Of a stretch of DNA of 64,000 nucleotides, positions 45,138-54,402 are shown piece after piece. The translations under genes and the position numbers were made by a program. The notes beneath the pieces were generated by a model. That model was not told the DNA's origin. It did no database searches and saw nothing but the letters and a program-made list of their open reading frames with translations. Position 1 is the stretch's first letter, and every line of letters starts with the position of its first letter. Where the stretch lies: assembly GCA_051880475.1 (NCBI GenBank), contig JBJEOA010000055.1:28629-92628 (forward strand). Direction: 5' to 3'. Source of the stretch: Lachnospiraceae bacterium. Its GTDB lineage: Bacteria; Bacillota; Clostridia; Lachnospirales; Lachnospiraceae.

Positions 45138-47525
45138 ATGGAGTACAATAAAAATAATGTAGGTATTATTGGATATTGGTTTGCGACTAATTATGGAGGT
45201 GTTGCGAGCTATTATTCCCTTTATACTAAGATAGAAAAATTAGGTTATTCTCCTTTTTTTATAGAAGATACGAACTTACATCAAGATAAAAGAAAAAAAG
45301 AAGCTTTTTCAAGGAAATTTTTTAAAGAGATAGGAGCATCTATTTGTGAGCCATATAAAAAGGAAGAATTAGAAAAGCTGAATGCATATGCGGATACATT
45401 TTTGCTTGGCTCAGATCAAGTTTTTACTGTGACTGGAATAAGCAAACATGGAAAGGTATTTATGATGGAATTTGCAAATCCAGATAAGAAGCGAATTGTT
45501 GTCTCAGGCTCATGTGGCGGAGAAAATATAAGAAAGGAAGGAAATGAAGATTTAGTTAGCTATGTGAGAGAAGAGCTGCAAAAATTTTCAGGAGTTTCTG
45601 TTCGGGAAAGTTCAGGAGTTGATTTAGTTAGAGATAAATTTAGAGTAGATGCAACTTATTTGATTGATCCTATATTTTTTACTAGTCGAGATGAATTTAA
45701 AAGAATTGGAGAAACGGCAAAATTAGAGAAAAAGGAAGAATATATGTTGGCATATATTTTAGATCCGACAGATGATAAGAGAGAGGGAATACAGAAAGTA
45801 TCTGAAATATTAGGATTGAAAAAGAAGATTGCCTTAGATGGAAGACAGTTTACACATGAAGAAAATTCAAAAAAGCTTGATTTAATAGAGGATACATTGC
45901 CAGAATTAGATTTTAAGCAGTGGCTTCATTATTATTCAAATGCTTCGTTTATTTTGACAGATAGTTTTCATGGAATGGCTATGGCACTTATACTTAATAT
46001 TCCATTTATTGTATACATCAATCAAAAGAGAGGATATCAACGTTTTGAGTCTTTGAGACGGACATTTGGTGTGATAGATAGCCGATTAATAAAAAATACA
46101 AGTCAGATTACAAAGAAATTAGTTCGACAAAAAATCAATTTTAAAAAAATTAATGCTGTGATAGAGCAAGAGACGAAAAAATCTGAAGAATGGATAAAAA
46201 AATATTTATCTACTCCAAAAGCAGAACTAGATTCTATTGCTCTGCCAGGAAAGACAGTGAATGAATTACTTTCCAAAAAAATGTGTACGGGATGTGGCGC
46301 ATGTTTGAATGCTTGTCCATGTGATGCTATAAGATTATGTCAGGATGAATGGGGATATTATAGAGCTAAAGTAGAACAAGAAAAGTGCATAGACTGTGGA
46401 AAATGTGCTAAAATTTGTCCGGCGATAAAATCCCCCGTTAAGTTAAATAAAGAGCAGCCAGAGTGTTATGAATTTATTGCAAAAGATTCTAAAACATTAA
46501 TGGCAAGTTCTAGTGGCGGAGCTTTCTCTGTCTTTGCGAGAGAAATATTTAAGAGACAGGGAGCTGTCGTAGGGGCAGCGTGGAGAGATGATTTCTCCGT
46601 AGAACATATTATGATAGAGGATGAAAAGGAACTTCCTAAGTTACAAAAATCAAAGTATTTACAAAGTTATACTGGAATGATTCATTCTCAGGTAAAAGAG
46701 CATTTGAATCAGGGACAGGTCGTTTTATTTACAGGATGTCCATGTCAGGTGGCGGGATTGAAGTCTTACTTAGGGAAGGAATATGATAATTTAATTGCTA
46801 TTGATTTGCTCTGTGGAAATGCTCCGTCCTCTCAGTTTTTCCAAAGATATTTAAAGGAGTCTTTCCCAGAGGGAATAAATAAATATGAATTTCGTAATAA
46901 ATCATTTGGTTATAATGCTAGAACGGTAAAGATAGAGTTAAAAAATGGAAAAACTATCATTCATAAAGAGGGCAAACCACCTAAAGAGGCCGGGAAAACT
47001 ATCATAAAAGAGAAAAATAAAGAAACACCAATCAATGCCAGAAATGATGCGTATCAACAAGTTTATCATAGCCATACGATGTGTGCAACCCACTGTGAAA
47101 AATGTAAATATCAACAAATTCCAAGATATGGAGATTTAACAATAGGAGATTTTTGGGGATTAAGTTCAAAAGATAAAGAAATCAGTGTAAAGAAGGGTGC
47201 CTCTGTAATTCTTTCTAATAACGAAAAGGGAAGTAGTTTTCTGAAATCTTTATCTCAAGATGAAATTCAAGTTTTAAAAGAAGTTCCTCTAGAGTGGATA
47301 GGTGGAAATGGATATGCACTAGAAGGAAAAAAGAATTATTGTTCTGATAAGAGAGATGAGTTTTATGAAGCTGTAAAGAAAATGACCTTTTTAGAGGCGG
47401 TAAGCTATATAGTAGAAAGAGATGAGAAAGAAGAACCGTCAAATCAGACGATAAAAAGAATTCAAAATAAAAAGAACATATATAAAAAAGTAAAAAAATT
47501 AATAAAAAGATGGATGAAAAAATAA
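45138..47525 (+). CDS. Fusion of polysaccharide pyruvyl transferase (N) with 2x[4Fe-4S] ferredoxin plus an F420 hydrogenase/dehydrogenase beta-subunit (FrhB)-like domain (C)
   Basis: N-half: IGYWFATNYGGVASYYSL, LLGSDQVF, VSVRESSG, TDSFHGMAMALILNIPF. From ~nt 46281: CTGCGACLNACPCDAI and CIDCGKCAKICPA. Then SSSGGAFSVFA...KSKYLQS...LFTGCPCQVAGLKSYL...DLLCGNAPS. Start reset to the ATG after GGAGG. Confidence 0.82.
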   Translation: MEYNKNNVGIIGYWFATNYGGVASYYSLYTKIEKLGYSPFFIEDTNLHQDKRKKEAFSRKFFKEIGASICEPYKKEELEKLNAYADTFLLGSDQVFTVTGISKHGKVFMMEFANPDKKRIVVSGSCGGENIRKEGNEDLVSYVREELQKFSGVSVRESSGVDLVRDKFRVDATYLIDPIFFTSRDEFKRIGETAKLEKKEEYMLAYILDPTDDKREGIQKVSEILGLKKKIALDGRQFTHEENSKKLDLIEDTLPELDFKQWLHYYSNASFILTDSFHGMAMALILNIPFIVYINQKRGYQRFESLRRTFGVIDSRLIKNTSQITKKLVRQKINFKKINAVIEQETKKSEEWIKKYLSTPKAELDSIALPGKTVNELLSKKMCTGCGACLNACPCDAIRLCQDEWGYYRAKVEQEKCIDCGKCAKICPAIKSPVKLNKEQPECYEFIAKDSKTLMASSSGGAFSVFAREIFKRQGAVVGAAWRDDFSVEHIMIEDEKELPKLQKSKYLQSYTGMIHSQVKEHLNQGQVVLFTGCPCQVAGLKSYLGKEYDNLIAIDLLCGNAPSSQFFQRYLKESFPEGINKYEFRNKSFGYNARTVKIELKNGKTIIHKEGKPPKEAGKTIIKEKNKETPINARNDAYQQVYHSHTMCATHCEKCKYQQIPRYGDLTIGDFWGLSSKDKEISVKKGASVILSNNEKGSSFLKSLSQDEIQVLKEVPLEWIGGNGYALEGKKNYCSDKRDEFYEAVKKMTFLEAVSYIVERDEKEEPSNQTIKRIQNKKNIYKKVKKLIKRWMKK

Positions 47526-47617
47526 ATTGTATTTTATTTTGTTTATGTAAAAAATTTGATTAAAGAAAAACACTATGTTATGATAGGGAAAAACAAAAAA
47601 GAGTAGGAGGAATTCTA

Positions 47618-48721
47618 GTGAAAAGATATGATTATCTAATTGTAGGAGCGGGATTATTTGGTTCAGTGTTCGCATATGAGATGATGAAAAATGGAAAGAC
47701 ATGTTGTATTATTGATAAAAGAGACCATATTGGAGGAAATATTTACTGTGAGGATATAGATGGAATTCATGTGCATAAGTATGGAGCACATATCTTTCAT
47801 ACCTCAGACAAAGAAATTTGGGATTATATTAATCAATTTGCTGAGTTTAATCACTATATTAATTCTCCAGTGGCTGTATATAAGGACGAGATATATAATT
47901 TACCATTTAATATGAATACGTTTAGTAAGATGTTTCATATTAAAACTCCTCAGGAGGCAAAAGAAAAGATTCAAAATGAGATTAAAGAACTTGGAATTAA
48001 AGAGCCTAAAAATTTAGAGGAACAGGCATTATCCTTAGTAGGTACTACTGTTTATGAAAAATTAATCAAAGGATATACGGAAAAACAGTGGGGAAGAGAT
48101 TGCAAAGATTTACCATCTTTTATTATTAAAAGATTGCCACTTCGCTTTACCTATGACAATAACTATTTTAATGACCGCTATCAGGGAATACCAATTGGCG
48201 GATATACAGCGATTATTGAGAAGCTAATCGAAGGTGCACAAGTGATGCTTAATACAGATTATTTTGAATTTATAAAAGAAAATCAAGATATAGCAGATAA
48301 AATTGTATATACAGGTCCAATTGATCAGTATTATGACTATAAATATGGTGTTTTAGAATATCGCTCAGTCCGTTTTGAACATGAAAAATTAGATATAGAT
48401 AACTATCAGGGAAATGCAGTTGTAAACTACACAGAAAGAGCAATCCCATATACACGAATTATTGAGCATAAACATTTTGAATTTGGGAAACAGCCAGTGA
48501 CTGTGATTTCAAGAGAATATCCAAGTGAGTGGAAATTAGGAGAAGAACCATACTATCCAGTAAATAATACGAGAAATGAGGAGTGTGCTAAAAAGTACAG
48601 AGAGTTAGCGAGTCAAGAAGAAAATATTATATTTGGTGGCAGACTTGGCGAATATCAGTATTATGATATGGATAAAGTGATAAAAGCGGCGTTAGAAGCG
48701 GTGGCAAAGGAAATTGGATAA
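47618..48721 (+). CDS. glf: UDP-galactopyranose mutase
   Basis: YDYLIVGAGLFGSVFAYE, HKYGAHIFHT, RLGEYQYYDMD; GTG start after GTAGGAGG. Confidence 0.92.
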   Translation: MKRYDYLIVGAGLFGSVFAYEMMKNGKTCCIIDKRDHIGGNIYCEDIDGIHVHKYGAHIFHTSDKEIWDYINQFAEFNHYINSPVAVYKDEIYNLPFNMNTFSKMFHIKTPQEAKEKIQNEIKELGIKEPKNLEEQALSLVGTTVYEKLIKGYTEKQWGRDCKDLPSFIIKRLPLRFTYDNNYFNDRYQGIPIGGYTAIIEKLIEGAQVMLNTDYFEFIKENQDIADKIVYTGPIDQYYDYKYGVLEYRSVRFEHEKLDIDNYQGNAVVNYTERAIPYTRIIEHKHFEFGKQPVTVISREYPSEWKLGEEPYYPVNNTRNEECAKKYRELASQEENIIFGGRLGEYQYYDMDKVIKAALEAVAKEIG

Positions 48722-48763
48722 TCTTTACAATGAGACAAATATAAAGAAGGGAAAGAAAAGAAA

Positions 48764-49876
48764 ATGGCGAAAGTATCAATTATTGTGCCAACCTATAATG
48801 TAGAGATTTATTTAAGAGAGTGTATGGACAGTATTGTGCGTCAGACATTAAAAGATATAGAAATAATTTGTATTAACGATGGCTCAACAGACCATTCATT
48901 GAGCATATTAAAAGAGTATGCCAAAAATGACAAACGAATTATCATTATTGATAAGGAAAATGGTGGATATGGAATAGGGATGAATATTGGTTTGGACAAA
49001 GCAACTGGAGAATATATTGGTATTGTAGAGCCAGACGATTTCGTACCGTTATATATGTATGAGGATTTGTACAATATTGCAAAAAAAAATGATTTGGATT
49101 TTGTGAAAGCTGATTTTTATAGGTTTACAACAAATGAGGTTACAGGAGATAGAAATTATATATATCACCATTTGGACAATAAAGGAGAGTATTATAATCA
49201 AGTCATTAATCCAAGTGAAACACCTTATGTCACAAAATTTATACTAAATACTTGGAGTGGAATCTATAAAAGAAGTTTTATAGAGCAATATCATATTCGC
49301 CATAATGAAACTCCGGGTGCATCTTTCCAAGATAATGGATTTTTTTGGCAAACATTTATTTATGCTAAGAGATGTATGTTTATTGACAAACCATATTATA
49401 TGAATCGCAGAGATAATCCAGGTTCTTCTGTTAAATCTAAAGAAAAAGTATACTGTATGAATGTCGAATATGAGTTTATTAGAAATATTTTTATGAGAGA
49501 AGAAAATTTAGAGCTATGGAATAGATTCAAATTTTATTATAATCTAAAAAAATATAGAAATTATATGTCGACAATTGAGAGAATAAGCGATGAATATAAG
49601 AGGGAGTATGTCATAGCGATAAGTGAGGAATTTAAAAAAGCTAGAGAAAATAAAGAGTTAGATTTTAATCTTTTAAGTGCCACAGATAGACAAAAACTAG
49701 TTTTTTTAATGGAAGATCCAGATGGATTTTATTATAAATATGCGATACCTGCAAATGAAAAGGTAAAAGAGTTACAAGAGAAACTAGATACGATAGTGAA
49801 CTCAAGAAGTTATAAAGCATGGAAAAAAATGCTAGATATTTTAGAAAAAGGAAAGAAGAAGTTACACAAAAAATAG
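48764..49876 (+). CDS. GT2-family glycosyltransferase (paralogue A)
   Basis: VSIIVPTYNVEIYL...CINDGSTD...GIVEPDD (DxD). C-terminal coiled coil and basic tail. Confidence 0.85.
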   Translation: MAKVSIIVPTYNVEIYLRECMDSIVRQTLKDIEIICINDGSTDHSLSILKEYAKNDKRIIIIDKENGGYGIGMNIGLDKATGEYIGIVEPDDFVPLYMYEDLYNIAKKNDLDFVKADFYRFTTNEVTGDRNYIYHHLDNKGEYYNQVINPSETPYVTKFILNTWSGIYKRSFIEQYHIRHNETPGASFQDNGFFWQTFIYAKRCMFIDKPYYMNRRDNPGSSVKSKEKVYCMNVEYEFIRNIFMREENLELWNRFKFYYNLKKYRNYMSTIERISDEYKREYVIAISEEFKKARENKELDFNLLSATDRQKLVFLMEDPDGFYYKYAIPANEKVKELQEKLDTIVNSRSYKAWKKMLDILEKGKKKLHKK

Positions 49877-49902
49877 AACGTATTTTAAAAGGAGGGAGTA
49901 AA

Positions 49903-51807
49903 ATGAGACCAATTGTTTCCGTTATAGTAACAGTATATAACGGTGAAAAATACTTAAAAAAATGTGTAGATAGTATATTAAATCAAACATTATCGGATAT
50001 AGAGATTATTTGTATAGATAATAACTCTAATGATACATCATTGGAAATATTACAAGAGTATGCAAGCAAAGATAGGCGTATTAGAGTAATTTCACAAAAA
50101 AATATGAAAACGCAAAGCTCTAGAAGTGTTGGGCTTAACCAGGCGAGTGGAAAGTATATACTATTTTTAGAAGATAATGATTTTTTAGATAGAACAATGC
50201 TTGAAGAGCTAACTCAAAAGATAGAAGAAGATGGGGCTGATTTTATCGCTCTTCGCTCAAATCAATTTGTAGATAATATAAAGAAATTTAAAAGAATAGT
50301 AAAAACATTAGATGTGGAGGCTCTACCTCCTTATACTCCATTTAATTTTAGACAAATAACAGCAAATATCTTTTGGACATTTCAGGAAATAACGAGTGAT
50401 AAATTATATAATAGAAATTTCCTTGAGAAAAATCAAGAATATATTAAAAAAGTAATAAAAAACGATACCGTATTTGTTTTTAGTACATTAATTTTAGCAA
50501 AGAAAATAACATATTTAGATAAAGTGCTGGTGCATCAAAATATAGACGACGAGGAATCGGCGTTTGAGAGAAGAGATACTCAAACAAAGCAGTTTTATGA
50601 GACAGTTTTACTTATGAAAGATATGTTGATTGAAACAGGATTTATGGAGGAGCTAGAACAAGATTTTGTAAATTATGCGCTTTCCTTTAGTCTTAGAAAT
50701 CTCAAAAGGATGAGGGGAGCAGAACAAGAGAAAACTTACAAAATTCTAAAGGAAGAAGGATTTGAAAAATTAGGCATTTTAAATAGAGAAGAAGATTATT
50801 TTTATGACTCAAGACATTATGCAGAACTTTTGGATATTTTAAAATATTCTTTTGAGGAATATACAATAAAAATCTCTGTAGTTATCCCAGTTCACAATGC
50901 GGAAAAGTATATTAGAGAGACTCTACTTAGTGTTTTGGAAAATCAAGATATCAATTTAGAAGTAATCTGTGTAGATGATTGTTCTGATGATAATACTTTT
51001 TCTATTTTGAAGGAGTTTGAAAAGAAATATTCTAATGTAAAAGTACTCAAAAATGAGAAAGTTTTATATGCCGGTGAGTCAAGAAATCGTGGTTTAAAGG
51101 TGGCGAAGGGGCAGTATATGCATTTTTTAGATGCAGATGATTTAGTTATAAAAGATGCATATAAGCCAGTGTATCAGATTGCAAAAGAAAATAATCTTGA
51201 TTTTATAAAAACAAAGGTGAAGGCATTTGACGATCAGACTGGGGAGGAAGTAAAAAATGGTTTATATTCTCTTAGCGGATTTGATCCAATGCTAGATGAA
51301 AGACTGATTAATTTTCATCAATTTCCTGGGAAGTTTTTTTCTATGTCGGTTGTTCCTTGGAATGGGTTGTATAAGAGAGAGTTTTTGATGGAGAATGAAA
51401 TAAGATTTAATCATTTATTTTGTGTAAATGATAGATCATTTTTTATCACAGTCTGTGTGTTAGCCAAGAGGATGATGGTAACTAGAAAATTATTAGTAGA
51501 CCATAGAGTAAATATTGCTACTTCCCTAGTAGGAAGACGTGCACAACATTTCGACTGTCAGTTTGAGTCTTATAAATTGATGGAAAAGATATGTGAAGAA
51601 AATCATGTAAACGAAAAGGTTAAATTTGAAATATTAGAGCATGAAATGTATGATTTAATATCTTGGTATAAAAAGTTTAAAGAACAAGGTATTTTACAAG
51701 AAGGAGTACGTGATGAATTAATAAAATTTTTGACGGATTCTAGAATGGAATATTTTGAAAGTTACGGAAAGAAAAGTAGATGGTTACAGTACAAAAGTAT
51801 AATATAG
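49903..51807 (+). CDS. Tandem double-GT2 glycosyltransferase
   Basis: First GT2 domain: VSVIVTVYNGEKYL...CIDNNSNDTS...LEDND. Second GT2 domain: ISVVIPVHNAEKYI...CVDDCSDDNT...LDADD. Start reset to the ATG after AAAGGAGGGAG. Confidence 0.82.
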   Translation: MRPIVSVIVTVYNGEKYLKKCVDSILNQTLSDIEIICIDNNSNDTSLEILQEYASKDRRIRVISQKNMKTQSSRSVGLNQASGKYILFLEDNDFLDRTMLEELTQKIEEDGADFIALRSNQFVDNIKKFKRIVKTLDVEALPPYTPFNFRQITANIFWTFQEITSDKLYNRNFLEKNQEYIKKVIKNDTVFVFSTLILAKKITYLDKVLVHQNIDDEESAFERRDTQTKQFYETVLLMKDMLIETGFMEELEQDFVNYALSFSLRNLKRMRGAEQEKTYKILKEEGFEKLGILNREEDYFYDSRHYAELLDILKYSFEEYTIKISVVIPVHNAEKYIRETLLSVLENQDINLEVICVDDCSDDNTFSILKEFEKKYSNVKVLKNEKVLYAGESRNRGLKVAKGQYMHFLDADDLVIKDAYKPVYQIAKENNLDFIKTKVKAFDDQTGEEVKNGLYSLSGFDPMLDERLINFHQFPGKFFSMSVVPWNGLYKREFLMENEIRFNHLFCVNDRSFFITVCVLAKRMMVTRKLLVDHRVNIATSLVGRRAQHFDCQFESYKLMEKICEENHVNEKVKFEILEHEMYDLISWYKKFKEQGILQEGVRDELIKFLTDSRMEYFESYGKKSRWLQYKSII

Positions 51808-51823
51808 AGTATGGAGGATAGAG

Positions 51824-52951
51824 ATGGCGAAAGTATCAATTATAGTCCCTACGTATAATGTAGAGATGTATTTAGACGAGTGTATGGAAAGTATTACAAG
51901 ACAAACATTGAAAGATATTGAAATCATATGTATTAACGATGGTTCAACGGATAATTCTTTGGAGATTCTAAAGAAATATGCAAAAAAAGATGAGCGTATT
52001 ATCTTGGTTGATAAAAAAAATGGTGGTTATGGAATTGCAATGAATATCGGTCTTGAAAAAGCGACAGGAGAGTATATCGGTATTGTAGAGCCAGATGATT
52101 TTGTGCCTCTTAATATGTATGAGGATTTATATGAGATAGCTAAGAAAAATGATTTGGATTTTGTGAAAGCTGATTTTTATAGATTTAAGAGAGATAGTAA
52201 GACGGGGAATATGGAGTTAAAATACTTTCATTTATCCCAAAAGAGTGAGAATTATAATATAGTATTTAATCCTAGTGAGAGACCAGAGACATTGCGCTAT
52301 GTCATGAATACTTGGAGTGGAATCTATAAGAGAGAATTTCTTAATAAAAATAATATTCGACATCATGAGACACCAGGAGCATCGTTTCAAGATAACGGAT
52401 TTTATTTCCAGACATTTGTATATGGTAAAAGAGCTATGATAGTAGATAAGCCATATTATATGAATCGAAGAGATAATCCAAATTCATCGGTCAATAATAA
52501 AGATAAAGTATACTGTATTAATATTGAGTATGATTATATAAGAGAGATACTTAGACAAGATATTGACATATGGAATCGCTTTAAGTATATGTATTGGGTG
52601 AAAAAATATACGAATTATAGAGCTGCGATAGATAGAATTGGAGATCAGTATAAAAGAGAATATATTATTCAAATGTCTAAGGAATTTAGGCGTGCGAGAG
52701 ATTTAAAAGAACTCAAAAAAGAAGTCTTTAAAGAGCAGGAATGGAATAATATTCAATTTATCCTCTCTGACCCAGATGGATTTTATTATACTATAATTGA
52801 TGATAAGAGTAATGTAGATTTTCCAAAGCGTAATAGAGTAACGAAGCTAGAGAAAGAATTAAAGGAGATTAAGACTTCAAAATCATTTGCGATTGGGCGT
52901 ACGATGACGGCTGTGCCAAGAAAAGTGAGAAAAATAATAAAAGGAAAATAA
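51824..52951 (+). CDS. GT2-family glycosyltransferase (paralogue B of 48764-49876)
   Basis: 104 of the first 120 residues are identical to paralogue A by my count. Same DxD (VEPDD). Coiled coil and basic tail. Confidence 0.85.
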   Translation: MAKVSIIVPTYNVEMYLDECMESITRQTLKDIEIICINDGSTDNSLEILKKYAKKDERIILVDKKNGGYGIAMNIGLEKATGEYIGIVEPDDFVPLNMYEDLYEIAKKNDLDFVKADFYRFKRDSKTGNMELKYFHLSQKSENYNIVFNPSERPETLRYVMNTWSGIYKREFLNKNNIRHHETPGASFQDNGFYFQTFVYGKRAMIVDKPYYMNRRDNPNSSVNNKDKVYCINIEYDYIREILRQDIDIWNRFKYMYWVKKYTNYRAAIDRIGDQYKREYIIQMSKEFRRARDLKELKKEVFKEQEWNNIQFILSDPDGFYYTIIDDKSNVDFPKRNRVTKLEKELKEIKTSKSFAIGRTMTAVPRKVRKIIKGK

Positions 52952-52986
52952 AAAATACTTATTTTCAATGGTAATGGGGGAATAAT

Positions 52987-54384
52987 ATGGAGATAAATAA
53001 TGCAGGAGAGAAAAATAGTAACGAAGAAATAAAAATATCAGTTATAATTCCTGTATATAATACAGAAAAATACATTGAGGAATGTTTAGACTCAGTTATA
53101 GCTCAAACATTAAAAGAGATTGAAATTATTTGTGTGGATGATGGGTCAAGTGATAGTTCCCTTCAAATTTTGGAGAAATATGCACAGGTTGATCAAAGAA
53201 TACAAGTATTGTCTAAAGAAAACGGTGGACAGTCTGCTGCGAGAAATTATGGAATGGAAAAAGCAATAGGTAAATATATTATATTTTTGGACAGCGATGA
53301 TTGGTACACAGACGTTAAAGCATTGCAGACACTATATGAGTATGCACAACAAGAAGACCTTGATGAACTATTTTTTGGGACAAAAGTATTTTTTGAGAAT
53401 GAGGATGTAAGAAAAAATAATTTATTTTTCGAAAAATACTATGAGCGAAAAGCTATGTACAATGGATTAATAGAGAGAGGTCAAGATTTATTTGTTGATT
53501 TTCAAAAAAATAGAAATTTTAAGCCTGGTGTTGTATTGCAAATCTTTAAACGCGAATTTTTGGAGAGGAATCACTTACGTTTTCGAGAACATCTTTTACA
53601 TGAAGATGAAATCTTTTCAATGGAGTGTATTACATTGGCAGATAAAGCTGGATATATAGATTTACCATATTATGGAAGAAGAGTGAGAGAAAACTCTACC
53701 ATGACAAATAAAACGAAAGATAAAAATATTTATGCCCATTATAAATTGGTGAAGATATTAGTAGAGTTTATTGAAAATTGTGAGATTTACAATGAACAAT
53801 ACTACGAACAATTTTATAGACGTATGCTTATTTTGCTGGATAATGCGGCGAAAATGTACCTAAAGGAGATTGAGGAGCGAGGAGAAAACGCAGTCTTAGA
53901 GAAAATCAAGAAAGAAGAACGCTATGATTTTCGAATGATAATGGAAATGGCATGTGACTCTTATACGAAGAGATGTAGGATAGAAGAATATAAAGAAGAA
54001 ACAAAAGAAAATAAAAAACAGATAAAAAAACATCAGCAAAAAATAAAAGAAAAAGAAGCTCAAATAAAAGAGAGAGATTCTCAGATAAAAGAAAGAGATT
54101 CTCAAATGAAAACTCTTTTTGCAGATATAAAAAAGTTTAAAGAAAAAGGAAAAGATTTAGAGAAAAAATTTCAAATGCTCACAGAGGAGAAAAATGAAAT
54201 TATAAAAAAAGATGAAGCGAGTATGAAACAACTGCAAAAAAGAATCGATGAAAAGGATAAGAAGATAAAGGAACTTGAGTTAGAACAAGAAAGAATAAAG
54301 GCATCTTATAGTTATAAAGTTGGAAATGGTATTATGTATTTGCCAAGAAAAGCAAAAAAAATAGTAAAAAAATTTTCAAATTAA
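52987..54384 (+). CDS. GT2-family glycosyltransferase with ~130-aa C-terminal K/E coiled coil
   Basis: ISVIIPVYNTEKYI...CVDDGSSDSS...LDSDD, then the coiled coil (KENKKQIKKHQQKIKEKEAQIKERDSQIKERDSQ...) and basic tail. Confidence 0.85.
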   Translation: MEINNAGEKNSNEEIKISVIIPVYNTEKYIEECLDSVIAQTLKEIEIICVDDGSSDSSLQILEKYAQVDQRIQVLSKENGGQSAARNYGMEKAIGKYIIFLDSDDWYTDVKALQTLYEYAQQEDLDELFFGTKVFFENEDVRKNNLFFEKYYERKAMYNGLIERGQDLFVDFQKNRNFKPGVVLQIFKREFLERNHLRFREHLLHEDEIFSMECITLADKAGYIDLPYYGRRVRENSTMTNKTKDKNIYAHYKLVKILVEFIENCEIYNEQYYEQFYRRMLILLDNAAKMYLKEIEERGENAVLEKIKKEERYDFRMIMEMACDSYTKRCRIEEYKEETKENKKQIKKHQQKIKEKEAQIKERDSQIKERDSQMKTLFADIKKFKEKGKDLEKKFQMLTEEKNEIIKKDEASMKQLQKRIDEKDKKIKELELEQERIKASYSYKVGNGIMYLPRKAKKIVKKFSN

Positions 54385-54402
54385 AACAGAGAGGGAATAA
54401 GT

